This document shows positions 1 through 7,736 of a stretch of 64,000 nt of DNA, piece by piece; position 1 is the stretch's first letter, and every line of letters begins with the position of its first letter. The position numbers were made by a program, and so were the translations under genes. The stretch is from Elusimicrobia bacterium GWA2_66_18 (GTDB taxonomy: Bacteria; Elusimicrobiota; Elusimicrobia; UBA1565; UBA9628): assembly GCA_001799675.1 (NCBI GenBank), contig MGTX01000004.1:157591-221590 (forward strand). Reading direction: 5' to 3'. The notes under the pieces were generated by a model. It was not told the DNA's origin. It was given only the letters and a program-made list of their open reading frames with translations, and did no database searches.

Positions 1-24
1 GGTAGAGCATGCGCCTTTTAAGCG
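1..24 (+). repeat. Partial copy of tRNA-Lys (D-arm to anticodon loop), truncated by the window edge
   Basis: nt 1-24 (ggtagagcatgcgccttttaagcg) are identical to nt 1257-1280 inside the intact tRNA-Lys. The sequence diverges right after the anticodon loop, so no T-arm or 3' acceptor follows. Confidence 0.6.
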
Positions 25-333
25 TTCCGGGCGCTTCTGCTGATGTCTGCCGCCGTGATCCCCCCTCGACAATCCGACGAGCCCGACCTTATGCCGTCTG
101 CCCCGCCGATACGCTTTGAGATACCGGAGTTGCACCCAGGTTGCACCGCTTCCAATCGGTCGCGCCAGGGCCAGGCGTCCGCGAAAAAAAGCATCCTTTC
201 ACCTGGCCCATGGATTTTTTTCTTGATCGGGTGTCGGGAGCCTCAGCCCCCCATGCGCCGCTATCCTGCACCTATAACTTTGCCGAAAATTCAGCGCCCA
301 GCGCACCTCCTTTCTGGTAAACTTCCAGCTGGA

Positions 334-867
334 ATGTCAACGCGATCCATGATTCCCGTCGAAGGCATCGAGCGGCGCATCTACTTCGTTCGCGGCCACA
401 AGGTCATGCTGGACAGCGATCTGGCCGAGCTTTATCGCGTTACCACGTTCAATCTCAACAAGGCCGTCAAGCGCAACCGGGACAGGTTCCCGCCCGACTT
501 CCTGATCCGGCTTTCAAAGAGCGAGTGGGACAACTTGAGATTCCAGATTGGAATATCAAGTTTGCCCGCCTGGGGCGGACGGCGCTATCCACCGTTTGCG
601 TTCACCGAGCAAGGCGTCGCCATGCTTTCAGGAGTGCTTAACAGCAAGAAGGCCGTGCATGTCAACGTCGCCATCATGCGAGCTTTCGTGCGCATCCAAC
701 AGCTTCTCTCGTCGAACAAAGACCTTGCCCGCCGTATCGAAGAACTTGAAAAGCGGCACATAAAGCATGATGAGGACTTCAAGGTTGTTTTCGCGGCCAT
801 CAGTGAACTGATGGAGCCGAAGGCCAAGCCGAGGCCGCAGATCGGATTTAAGCCGCACAAAGAATAA
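334..867 (+). CDS. ORF6N-domain (KilA-N/Rha-like) DNA-binding protein
   Basis: Internal Met of track ORF 43..867. The string IERRIYFVRGHKVMLDSDLAELYRVTTFNLNKAVKRNRDRFPPDFLIRL...PFAFTEQGVAMLSGVLNSKKAVHVNVAIMRAFV matches the ORF6N family signature. The upstream 97 codons are Pro/Arg-rich and probably non-coding. Confidence 0.7.
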   Translation: MSTRSMIPVEGIERRIYFVRGHKVMLDSDLAELYRVTTFNLNKAVKRNRDRFPPDFLIRLSKSEWDNLRFQIGISSLPAWGGRRYPPFAFTEQGVAMLSGVLNSKKAVHVNVAIMRAFVRIQQLLSSNKDLARRIEELEKRHIKHDEDFKVVFAAISELMEPKAKPRPQIGFKPHKE

Positions 868-955
868 CGGAGGACATCGGGAACAATTTAATCAACTAAC
901 GTTTTGGCTTCACACGGGACCGCGTGTAAGAGCGCGGTAAGCTCACCTCGACACT

Positions 956-1261
956 ATGGAAGGAGCGCACATCGCGGGCTTCCGCTTCCACGATCTTCGC
1001 CATACCTTCGCCAGCCACTTCATCATGCGGACCAACGACCTGCCCGCGCTCCAGCGGCTCTTGGGCCACTCCACACCAGCCATGACGCTCCGCTACGCGC
1101 ATTTGAGCAACGGGCACATGGCGGCGAACATGGCGACCTTCGAGGCGGGAATGCCCGCGAAAGGCTGGAATCCGGTGGCGGAGCGCCCCGGCTTTCGCCA
1201 TCGCGCGAAAAGCATTTTTGCTACAATGACCGGCGTCGACGAGCTCGTAGCTCAGGGGTAG
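956..1261 (+). pseudogene. Tyrosine recombinase (phage integrase) C-terminal fragment
   Basis: FHDLRHTFASHF...LLGHSTPAMTLRYAHL covers the HxxR / H / Y catalytic boxes only. An in-frame stop lies just upstream of 956, so the N-terminal and core-binding domains are missing. The reading frame runs into the tRNA-Lys gene. Confidence 0.7.
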
Positions 1262-1312
1262 AGCATGCGCCTTTTAAGCGCGGGGTCGTGGGTTCGATTC
1301 CCACCGAGCTCA
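1241..1312 (+). tRNA. tRNA-Lys (anticodon UUU)
   Basis: 72-nt cloverleaf with acceptor GAGCTCG/CGAGCTC, anticodon loop CTTTTAA, T-loop GGTTCGATTCC and discriminator A. No encoded CCA. Confidence 0.9.
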
Positions 1313-1327
1313 CAGTTTTCACTTTTA

Positions 1328-1399
1328 GCCTCCATCGTCTAACGGTTAGGACGCGGCCCTTTCAAGGCTGAAACACGAGTTCGATTCTCGTTGGGGGCA
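1328..1399 (+). tRNA. tRNA-Glu (anticodon UUC)
   Basis: 72-nt cloverleaf with acceptor GCCTCCA/TGGGGGC (one G-U pair), anticodon loop CTTTCAA and T-loop GAGTTCGATTCTC. Confidence 0.9.
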
Positions 1400-1424
1400 G
1401 ACTCTAAAACGTCGTGTTTATAGG

Positions 1425-1460
1425 CGGAGACTGTCGAAAGGCGGTCTCCGTCTTTCTTTT
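1425..1460 (+). terminator. Rho-independent terminator after the tRNA pair
   Basis: Stem CGGAGAC (1425-1431) pairs with GTCTCCG (1444-1450) and is followed by TCTTTCTTTT. Confidence 0.55.
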
Positions 1461-1564
1461 GGTCCCTGGCGCTTATGCCCTGACGACTTGACTGCTCGTA
1501 TCTTGAGTTTCAAAAAAATAACTCTTGATATTGATTTAAGTTTCTCGCGCTCAATACGGCTCTC

Positions 1565-1768
1565 ATGACGAGCGGCGCCGAGCATTCATTCTCAACGGCC
1601 CGCGTGAATCCGGAATATTGGGGTCGGCTCGTTGAATCGGCGGTGGGAGCGCATCTGCTCAACGGCCTCTCCGGGACTGGAATCGAGGTTTTATACTGGC
1701 GCGAGGCGAACCGCGAGGTGGACTTCGTCCTCAAAGGCAAAGGCCGCGTGACGGCCCTCGAAGTCACC
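1565..1768 (+). pseudogene. C-terminal fragment of a DUF4143-type AAA ATPase
   Basis: NPEYWGRLVESAVGAHLLN...IEVLYWREANREVDFVLKGKGRVTALEV resembles the DUF4143 C-terminal region. No ATPase domain lies upstream. The rest of track ORF 1565..1921 is antisense to the next gene. Confidence 0.5.
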
Positions 1769-1839
1769 AGACGACGCCCCCTGAGAAATTGGTCGCTCCC
1801 TAGAATCCAGACTCATCGTCGTTCGTATGGCGCAGTTCC

Positions 1840-2394
1840 TCAGAACTTCGGCTTGAAGCCAGCGACGATCCCGCGCCAGACCCGGCGCTGCGCCGCGTCG
1901 ATCGAGCGCGGAGCGCTGTAGACGAGCAGATAGAACCCCGCCGAGGCGTACACCGCAAGATGCTCCTCGCGCACGGCCACCTCCTTGGAGGCCATGCTCT
2001 CGGGCGGGATGAACTCGGTCGTGTCGCGCTCGAGGCGCAGGGCCCGGCGTCCCGCCGCGACGGTCTTCTCCACCGGCCCGTTCTTCCAGCCCTTCATCGG
2101 GATCGACGAGGGCTTGGTCAGCCGCGCCATGTAGGCGTGCGGATCGGCGTACAGCGCATGGCCGGGACGAACATAGCGCAGGATGACGCGCGCCGGCAGG
2201 CCTTCGGCGGCGGGACCGGTGAGAACGGCGCCGCCGGGCTTCTTCTCGACCGACCAGCCCTCCGGCGCGCGGAGCTGGAAAGACGCGTCGACGACCGGCT
2301 TCCCGGGGGGTCCCATCGTCTTGGTTCCAGGTTGGGGCGCGGCGGCGGCGCCGAGCGCCCCGGCAAGAAGAAGAGTCATGAAGAGAAGCGTCAT
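1840..2394 (-). CDS. Exported hypothetical protein
   Basis: Start re-picked at Met61 of track ORF 1840..2574. This gives the signal peptide MTLLFMTLLLAGALGAAAA and an ATGA overlap with the stop of the upstream gene (2391-2394). Confidence 0.6.
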   Translation of the reverse strand: MTLLFMTLLLAGALGAAAAPQPGTKTMGPPGKPVVDASFQLRAPEGWSVEKKPGGAVLTGPAAEGLPARVILRYVRPGHALYADPHAYMARLTKPSSIPMKGWKNGPVEKTVAAGRRALRLERDTTEFIPPESMASKEVAVREEHLAVYASAGFYLLVYSAPRSIDAAQRRVWRGIVAGFKPKF

Positions 2395-4211
2395 GGGGCC
2401 CCCGGGACCGTCAGGATGGGCGGGGGCGCCCTCGCCTTGGCGAGCGTCCCTTCCTCGGCTTGGATTTTCTTGAAGCGCTCCATCGTGATCCGGGCTTCGG
2501 CCTCTTGGCGCCGACGCAGCAGCGCGTAGTGTTGAGCCGCTTCCCCCATCGTCTCGCGAGCCTTGGCCAGCCACTCCCTCAGGGAACCGCTTCCGCAGAC
2601 GAGCACGTCCGCCTTGAACTCCTCCTCGGATTCGTAGTTCTCCTTGAGAAGAGGCGCGAGGTCCAGCTTCCCGCGCTCGGCCTCCCGCAGCGACTCCCGT
2701 CGCGAAAGCTCCGCATTAAGCACGCCGATGACGCGGTTGTGCCAGACGATGCGGCACCAAGCGTGGCCTTCGTTCGAGAGCACCTCCGGATAGTGCGAAT
2801 TGGGCACGGTCCACGCGAAGTAGTCGGGCCCCTCTTCTTCCATGCGCCGCGCGCGCTCGAGCCCCGTCTTGAGGACGTCCGAGCGCTCGCCCTCGGCCTC
2901 GGCGAACGCGCGGAACTTAGGATCGTTCTTCATCTTCTCAAGGAGGAACAAGGCCTGGACCTGGAACGCCTCGACCTCGTCGCCCTGATGATAGAGGCGC
3001 GGCTGCTTGTTGTCGCGCGCCCAGACGTCCTGGCGGTGGTGCTGTGCCTCGTGCACGAAGGTTCCGATGAGGGTCCGCGCGAGGTCGCGCAGGAGCGCGG
3101 GGTCGCGCTTGAGTTCCTCGACCGACGCGCCGCGCGACTTGACGTACTGCTCCACATAACGCTCGTTGAAGAAGAGAGTGTTCCCTCCGTCGTCGTACCA
3201 GCCGAACGCGCTCATGTCCGTCATTGAGAATCTCACCTCCAGAGGGACGCGGGAGTAGAATGCCTCGAGGTCCTTGCCCGCGAAGGTCCCCCCGGTCTCC
3301 TTGAGCAGAGAGGTCTTGAGCAGGTCGCAGACGACTCGGCGAGACTCCCCATCGAAACGCTGGTCGGGGCGGGGCGGGGCGGCCTCCAGGAGCTCGCGGG
3401 GGCGCTCGCCCAGGTTCTCGAAGAACTGGGATAGCGCGCTCAGGCGCGCCGGCGGGTCCGCGGCGCCGGCCGCCTCGGCGAGCAACGCCCTCTGGCGCGC
3501 ATCGACGCCGGCTGCGGCCCGCGCGCGCGCCAAGGCCATCGACGTGGAGGCCTGTTTCGCCAGTTCCCAGCGCCGCCAGGCCTGCGTCATCTCGTCGTAG
3601 CCGAGAGCCTCCTGGATCTGCCCTGCCCGCGACCGGAAATCGGCGACGCCCTTCTCGTCGCCGGGATTGAGCTTGAGCAGGACATCGCGCTCGCCCAGCG
3701 CCCAGCGCCGCATCTGCTCATGGCGATCGAGGAAGGCCATCTTCGCCCAGGGAGCATCCTGCTTCTCTTGGGCAAGCCAGGCCTTCTGCTCCTCGGTGAG
3801 CGTGCCCCAGCTCCACAGAGCGGAGTCGAGTTCCCGCAGCTCCGCGGGGCCGCGCTCGGGCATGTACTCCTTCACCCAGGAGGTCAGCGCGTTGGCGTCG
3901 AGGCAGAAGGTGCAGCCGGTCCGCCGCAGCAGGCCGAGGCGGATGGAGCGCGCGTCGGACGCGCCGCTGACGACGCCCTTGAGATCCTTGAGCTCTGCGG
4001 CCCTCTGAAAGACCTCCCGGAAGAGGTCCGGCTCGGAGACCTTCAGAGCGTCCTGGCGGGGCCCGTCGGCCAGGAAGTTCATCGCCGCGAAGGGATCGTT
4101 GTCGCGCAGGATATACTGGCGGAGGTAGTCCGCGTCCGAAAAGGCGCACACCCTCGCCGCCGCCAGGAGAGCGGCCGCCAGAAGGCCTAGGGCGCGACAA
4201 GAGCGGGTCAT
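2391..4211 (-). CDS. Exported protein with an HExxH zinc-metallopeptidase-like motif
   Basis: Start at Met25 gives the signal peptide MTRSCRALGLLAAALLAAARVCA. The motif FVHEAQHH (HExxH) is present. No closer family was recognised. Confidence 0.6.
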   Translation of the reverse strand: MTRSCRALGLLAAALLAAARVCAFSDADYLRQYILRDNDPFAAMNFLADGPRQDALKVSEPDLFREVFQRAAELKDLKGVVSGASDARSIRLGLLRRTGCTFCLDANALTSWVKEYMPERGPAELRELDSALWSWGTLTEEQKAWLAQEKQDAPWAKMAFLDRHEQMRRWALGERDVLLKLNPGDEKGVADFRSRAGQIQEALGYDEMTQAWRRWELAKQASTSMALARARAAAGVDARQRALLAEAAGAADPPARLSALSQFFENLGERPRELLEAAPPRPDQRFDGESRRVVCDLLKTSLLKETGGTFAGKDLEAFYSRVPLEVRFSMTDMSAFGWYDDGGNTLFFNERYVEQYVKSRGASVEELKRDPALLRDLARTLIGTFVHEAQHHRQDVWARDNKQPRLYHQGDEVEAFQVQALFLLEKMKNDPKFRAFAEAEGERSDVLKTGLERARRMEEEGPDYFAWTVPNSHYPEVLSNEGHAWCRIVWHNRVIGVLNAELSRRESLREAERGKLDLAPLLKENYESEEEFKADVLVCGSGSLREWLAKARETMGEAAQHYALLRRRQEAEARITMERFKKIQAEEGTLAKARAPPPILTVPGAP

Positions 4212-4386
4212 CGGGGTTCTCTCCAACTTGGGAAGAGTAACCCCGGCGCTCCTGAAAATCAAGAGATGATTCTCCATGTTCACGGACTTTTACGGATGAA
4301 CCCCGAAGCGTATCGGCAAGGACAACTGGGATTGGAATGGAACTCCGCGTCGGCGCAGTTCATGACACAAGGGCGAGCAACTCCGG

Positions 4387-6522
4387 CTACCGGATAAGCA
4401 GGCCGTCTCTCGCCTCCTGGATGCGGTGGCGCGTCGTCCCATCGATAGGCGCAGGGGCCTGCTTGAGGGCCTTGTTGTAGACCTCCAGGGCCTCTTGGCG
4501 TCGTCCCGACATGGCATAGAACATACCGAGGCTCTGATAAGCCTGCTCGAACCTGGGATCGAGATCGATGGCCTTGATCCAATCCTCCGCAGCATCATTC
4601 TTCCTCCCGGAGAGGAACCGCACGACTCCCCTGTCGCTGCGCCATCGGGCGCAACGCGGCTGTCGGCGAACCAGACGGTCGAGAATCCCGAGCGCTTTCG
4701 GGTAATCCTTCAGGCCCTGATAGAGGAGTGCTACGCGCCCGAGATCCTCCGGTTCCAGATCGAGACTCAGAGTCCGCTTGATCAATTCCACCGTCAATTC
4801 GAGTTCGCCGTCTTGGAGGGTCGCCTCGGCGGAGTTTAATAATAATTCAGACTCGTGCTCATGGCCGCTGCTTCCGCTCGTCAGGCGGGCGACCAACCAC
4901 GCCGACATCTGACTCTTGCCAAGGCGCCGATAGCGGTCCAGCAGGGCGTGCACGTGGTCCTTGTCTCCTCCCATGATCGCGCTCAGACGGTCGTCAAGCA
5001 AGGGGCGCGGCGTGGATCCATTCCGCCCGGCTTCAGCCAGGCAGCGGCGATGGAGATCCACGCCGTCGGTCGCCTGGTCGTATTTCTTGACGATGTCCGA
5101 CAGAAGATCACAGGAAAGGCTGTAGTCTCGGCCGTAGAAGAGGTCGTGACGGCCCAGCCAGTCGAGGCCTTCCTGATCGCTGAGGATCCGACTGCGTTCC
5201 GCCAGCGCAACCATCTGCATCCCCATCCACGCGGAAAAGTCGTCCGGATCAAGCCTCTGAGCGCGTTGGAAGAGTTCGCGTGCCATTTCCAGACGCTGGC
5301 GGGGATAGGCGTGGCGCGCGGCGACGCTAAAGAGCCACCGGCCGCTCGCGAGGAGGGCTTTCGCCTGGTCACGACGGCTGAGGGATGTGCGTCGGATGCA
5401 GTCCGCCTCATCTGTGAGGGGGCGGCGGATGGGCTCCCCGAAGGTCGTGGATATCTCCTGGGCATAGGCCGCCGCCAGCAGGCGGTAGCCCTCGATATTG
5501 GGATGGTGGCCGTCAGAGAATAATGTGTTGCCCGGAAGAGCGTGCGGGGAGTGGGCCTCGAATATCCTCTCGGCATCCGCGAGAGGTACGCCGTATTCCC
5601 CGGCCAGAGCGCGGATCATTTCGTTCTGTTCGCCGCTTGCGCGCCCGAAATTCCCCGCGTCGCCGGAATCGACCAACTCACGGTAGAAGCGCCTGGCGAG
5701 ATCGTAGTGCGCCAACGCCTGATGGCAGCGCGCGATGCGGTACTTCAGATATCGTCGCAGGGCCGGATGAGACGCAGACTCGGCTTCGTAATGACGAAGA
5801 GCCTCGCCGTAGCGTTTCTGCGTTTCCAAAAGCATCCCGTGTTCCAGGACCGAGCGCGCCTCGTCCTGCTTGACGTTGTCGATGGACAACCCCGGATCTA
5901 TGTCGGCGGTATTGGATACGACCGTCGCGAGAATAGGCGTCAGTCCTTTCCGAAAACTCATCTCGACGACGCGCCGCAGATGATAGTCCCAACTTTCCAT
6001 GCTCCTCAGGCGGAGGAGAGGAAAATAATTCTCGACGAGGTACCACAGGTCTCTCAGCAGCGTGGATCGGGCCGTTGCAGCGCGTCGGAACCGTTCATAG
6101 GCGGGCGGAGGGTCGTGGCGGCCTCCGGTGTCGTTGTGACCTGAATAAACCAGAGTGACGCCGGGGTTGCGTCCGTCTCGGGAGCTCAACTGCCGCTCGA
6201 GCGCCACGGATTGGGGATAGATGCTATGACCTCTTGCGGCCACGGTGATGATCCGGATGCCGCGGCTGCCGATATGGTCCTCGAATTGTTGGGCCACGAG
6301 GCTGGCAGGCGCGAGCTTCTCACCGTAGGGTTCCCCGACGGCTGTGGATTCGCCGACGACGTATATCTCAAAGACGCCGGTCTTGGCTCCCCGTTCCAAG
6401 AGGCGCCGACAGGCCCAGTAGCCTCGGTCGAGCGCCTCCGCAACCGAGAAAAGGACGGCGTAAACGGCCAGAATACGGAGTCGCGAGAAACCCGATCCTA
6501 CATCTCCCTCCTTTCGTTTCAT
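4387..6522 (-). CDS. SGNH/GDSL-like hydrolase domain fused to TPR repeats
   Basis: Start at Met76 (MKRKEG...). Block I-like IYVVGESTAVG, then SGHNDTGG, and block V-like LFSDGHHPNIEGY. The C-terminal third has TPR-like repeats (ALLYQGLKDYPKALGILDRLV, AYQSLGMFYAMSGRRQEALEVYNKALK). Confidence 0.6.
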   Translation of the reverse strand: MKRKEGDVGSGFSRLRILAVYAVLFSVAEALDRGYWACRRLLERGAKTGVFEIYVVGESTAVGEPYGEKLAPASLVAQQFEDHIGSRGIRIITVAARGHSIYPQSVALERQLSSRDGRNPGVTLVYSGHNDTGGRHDPPPAYERFRRAATARSTLLRDLWYLVENYFPLLRLRSMESWDYHLRRVVEMSFRKGLTPILATVVSNTADIDPGLSIDNVKQDEARSVLEHGMLLETQKRYGEALRHYEAESASHPALRRYLKYRIARCHQALAHYDLARRFYRELVDSGDAGNFGRASGEQNEMIRALAGEYGVPLADAERIFEAHSPHALPGNTLFSDGHHPNIEGYRLLAAAYAQEISTTFGEPIRRPLTDEADCIRRTSLSRRDQAKALLASGRWLFSVAARHAYPRQRLEMARELFQRAQRLDPDDFSAWMGMQMVALAERSRILSDQEGLDWLGRHDLFYGRDYSLSCDLLSDIVKKYDQATDGVDLHRRCLAEAGRNGSTPRPLLDDRLSAIMGGDKDHVHALLDRYRRLGKSQMSAWLVARLTSGSSGHEHESELLLNSAEATLQDGELELTVELIKRTLSLDLEPEDLGRVALLYQGLKDYPKALGILDRLVRRQPRCARWRSDRGVVRFLSGRKNDAAEDWIKAIDLDPRFEQAYQSLGMFYAMSGRRQEALEVYNKALKQAPAPIDGTTRHRIQEARDGLLIR

Positions 6523-6736
6523 ATGTTTTCGGTCGAGTATAACACGTAGGCAGGCGCCTCTGAAACCACACGATATAGACTTCAACGCAGGCACGCGCCG
6601 CGAGTACAACGCCGACCAGGCGTCCCGAGGGGTGCGCCCGCCCCGAGCGCGATCAGTTGCAATCGCGGCCAATCGGCTATAATACGCGCTCATTGAACCC
6701 ACATCAGCCACCTTTCGCGCCTTGAGAGGAAACACC

Positions 6737-7108
6737 ATGCCCGGCACACATCAATTCAATCGGATCCCTCTCCTCGTCGGCACGGTCGTCGGCGTCGCCA
6801 TCATCATCCCCCTCGCCTTCATGATCGGCTGCGACTCAAAGGCCGGCGCCCGCACCGGCGAACAACTCGTGCAGGCCACCTGTTTCACCTGCCACGGCGC
6901 CGGTCTAGCCGGCGCGCCCGCCATCGGCGACAAGAGCGCTTGGGAACCGCTCATCGCCAAGGGCCTCGATGGTTTGCTGAAGTCGGCCATTGCCGGCAAG
7001 AACGCCATGCCGCCCCGCGGCGGCGCGAACGCCACCGACGCCGAACTGGCGCGCGCGATCGCCTACATGGCCAACAAATCCGGCGCCAAGTTTACGGAAC
7101 CGAAATAA
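6737..7108 (+). CDS. Class I c-type cytochrome (cytochrome c5-like), membrane-anchored or exported
   Basis: Heme motif CFTCHG and distal ligand region KNAMPPRGG. N-terminal hydrophobic segment. ATG at 6737 is preceded by GAGAGGA. Confidence 0.8.
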   Translation: MPGTHQFNRIPLLVGTVVGVAIIIPLAFMIGCDSKAGARTGEQLVQATCFTCHGAGLAGAPAIGDKSAWEPLIAKGLDGLLKSAIAGKNAMPPRGGANATDAELARAIAYMANKSGAKFTEPK

Positions 7109-7110
7109 AA

Positions 7111-7371
7111 ATGGAGAAAGGCAAACCCGAGGAGCTTAAAACCCTCGCGGGAAAAAACTTCGGCGCGTGGAAATCCGCCGGCCTGCCCGGCGCGCCCGCC
7201 GCCCCGACGCTCTCCCCCTCCGCCTCGCCTTTGCCCGCCACCGCGAATGCCGGCTTAGAGATCGTCGTCATCGCCGGCCCGGCCGACGTCATCGTGCCCC
7301 AGCTCCAAGGCCATGGCGTCGTGCGCGTCTTCGACGCCGAGGGGCGCGCCAAGAGCCTCGGCGCGGGCTGA
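7111..7371 (+). CDS. Small hypothetical protein
   Basis: ATG lies 3 nt after the cytochrome stop (internal Met58 of track ORF 6940..7371). No recognisable domain. Confidence 0.35.
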   Translation: MEKGKPEELKTLAGKNFGAWKSAGLPGAPAAPTLSPSASPLPATANAGLEIVVIAGPADVIVPQLQGHGVVRVFDAEGRAKSLGAG

Positions 7372-7380
7372 TTCCGAGTT

Positions 7381-7716
7381 CTATTTGGCGACGACGAGCT
7401 TGTCGACGACCTGTCTGACCCCCTTGACGCCGCGGGCGACGTTCAGCACCTTGGCCTTCTGCTCGGCGGTGTCGAGCACGCCCTTAAGAGTCGCCTCGCC
7501 CTTGCGCACCTTGATGTCGACCCTGTCCGACGGCACGCCGCTTGCGGCAATCAGCTCGCTTTTGATCTTGGCGTGGATCCACTGGTCGGATACGGTCTCA
7601 CCGGATGAGCGCTTATCCTGCGTGGCGACGTAGCCGGCCTCGGCTCCCGCCCCGCCCACGACCAGCAGGAAGCAGCCGTTGAGCTGGGCCGCAAGGGCGC
7701 CGAACCCCAAAAACAA
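7381..7716 (-). CDS. BON-domain lipoprotein (OsmY-like)
   Basis: A TTG start gives (M)FLGFGALAAQLNGC with lipobox LNGC. The C-terminal part (IKSELIAASGVPSDRVDIKVRKGEATLKGVLDTAEQKAKVLNVARGVKGVRQVVDKL) is a typical BON domain. The start is uncertain by a few codons. Confidence 0.65.
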   Translation of the reverse strand: MFLGFGALAAQLNGCFLLVVGGAGAEAGYVATQDKRSSGETVSDQWIHAKIKSELIAASGVPSDRVDIKVRKGEATLKGVLDTAEQKAKVLNVARGVKGVRQVVDKLVVAK

Positions 7717-7736
7717 CGCCGCAGCGCGTCCGATGA

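Noticed and set aside
1-24. A second tRNA-Lys gene at the window start
   Set aside because: Only the D-arm to anticodon-loop part matches. The following sequence cannot form the anticodon stem 3' strand, T-arm or acceptor. I treat it as a partial duplicate.
1-1400. Active prophage or integrative element
   Set aside because: The recombinase is only a C-terminal fragment behind an in-frame stop, and just one cargo gene is visible. This is a decayed remnant as far as the window shows.
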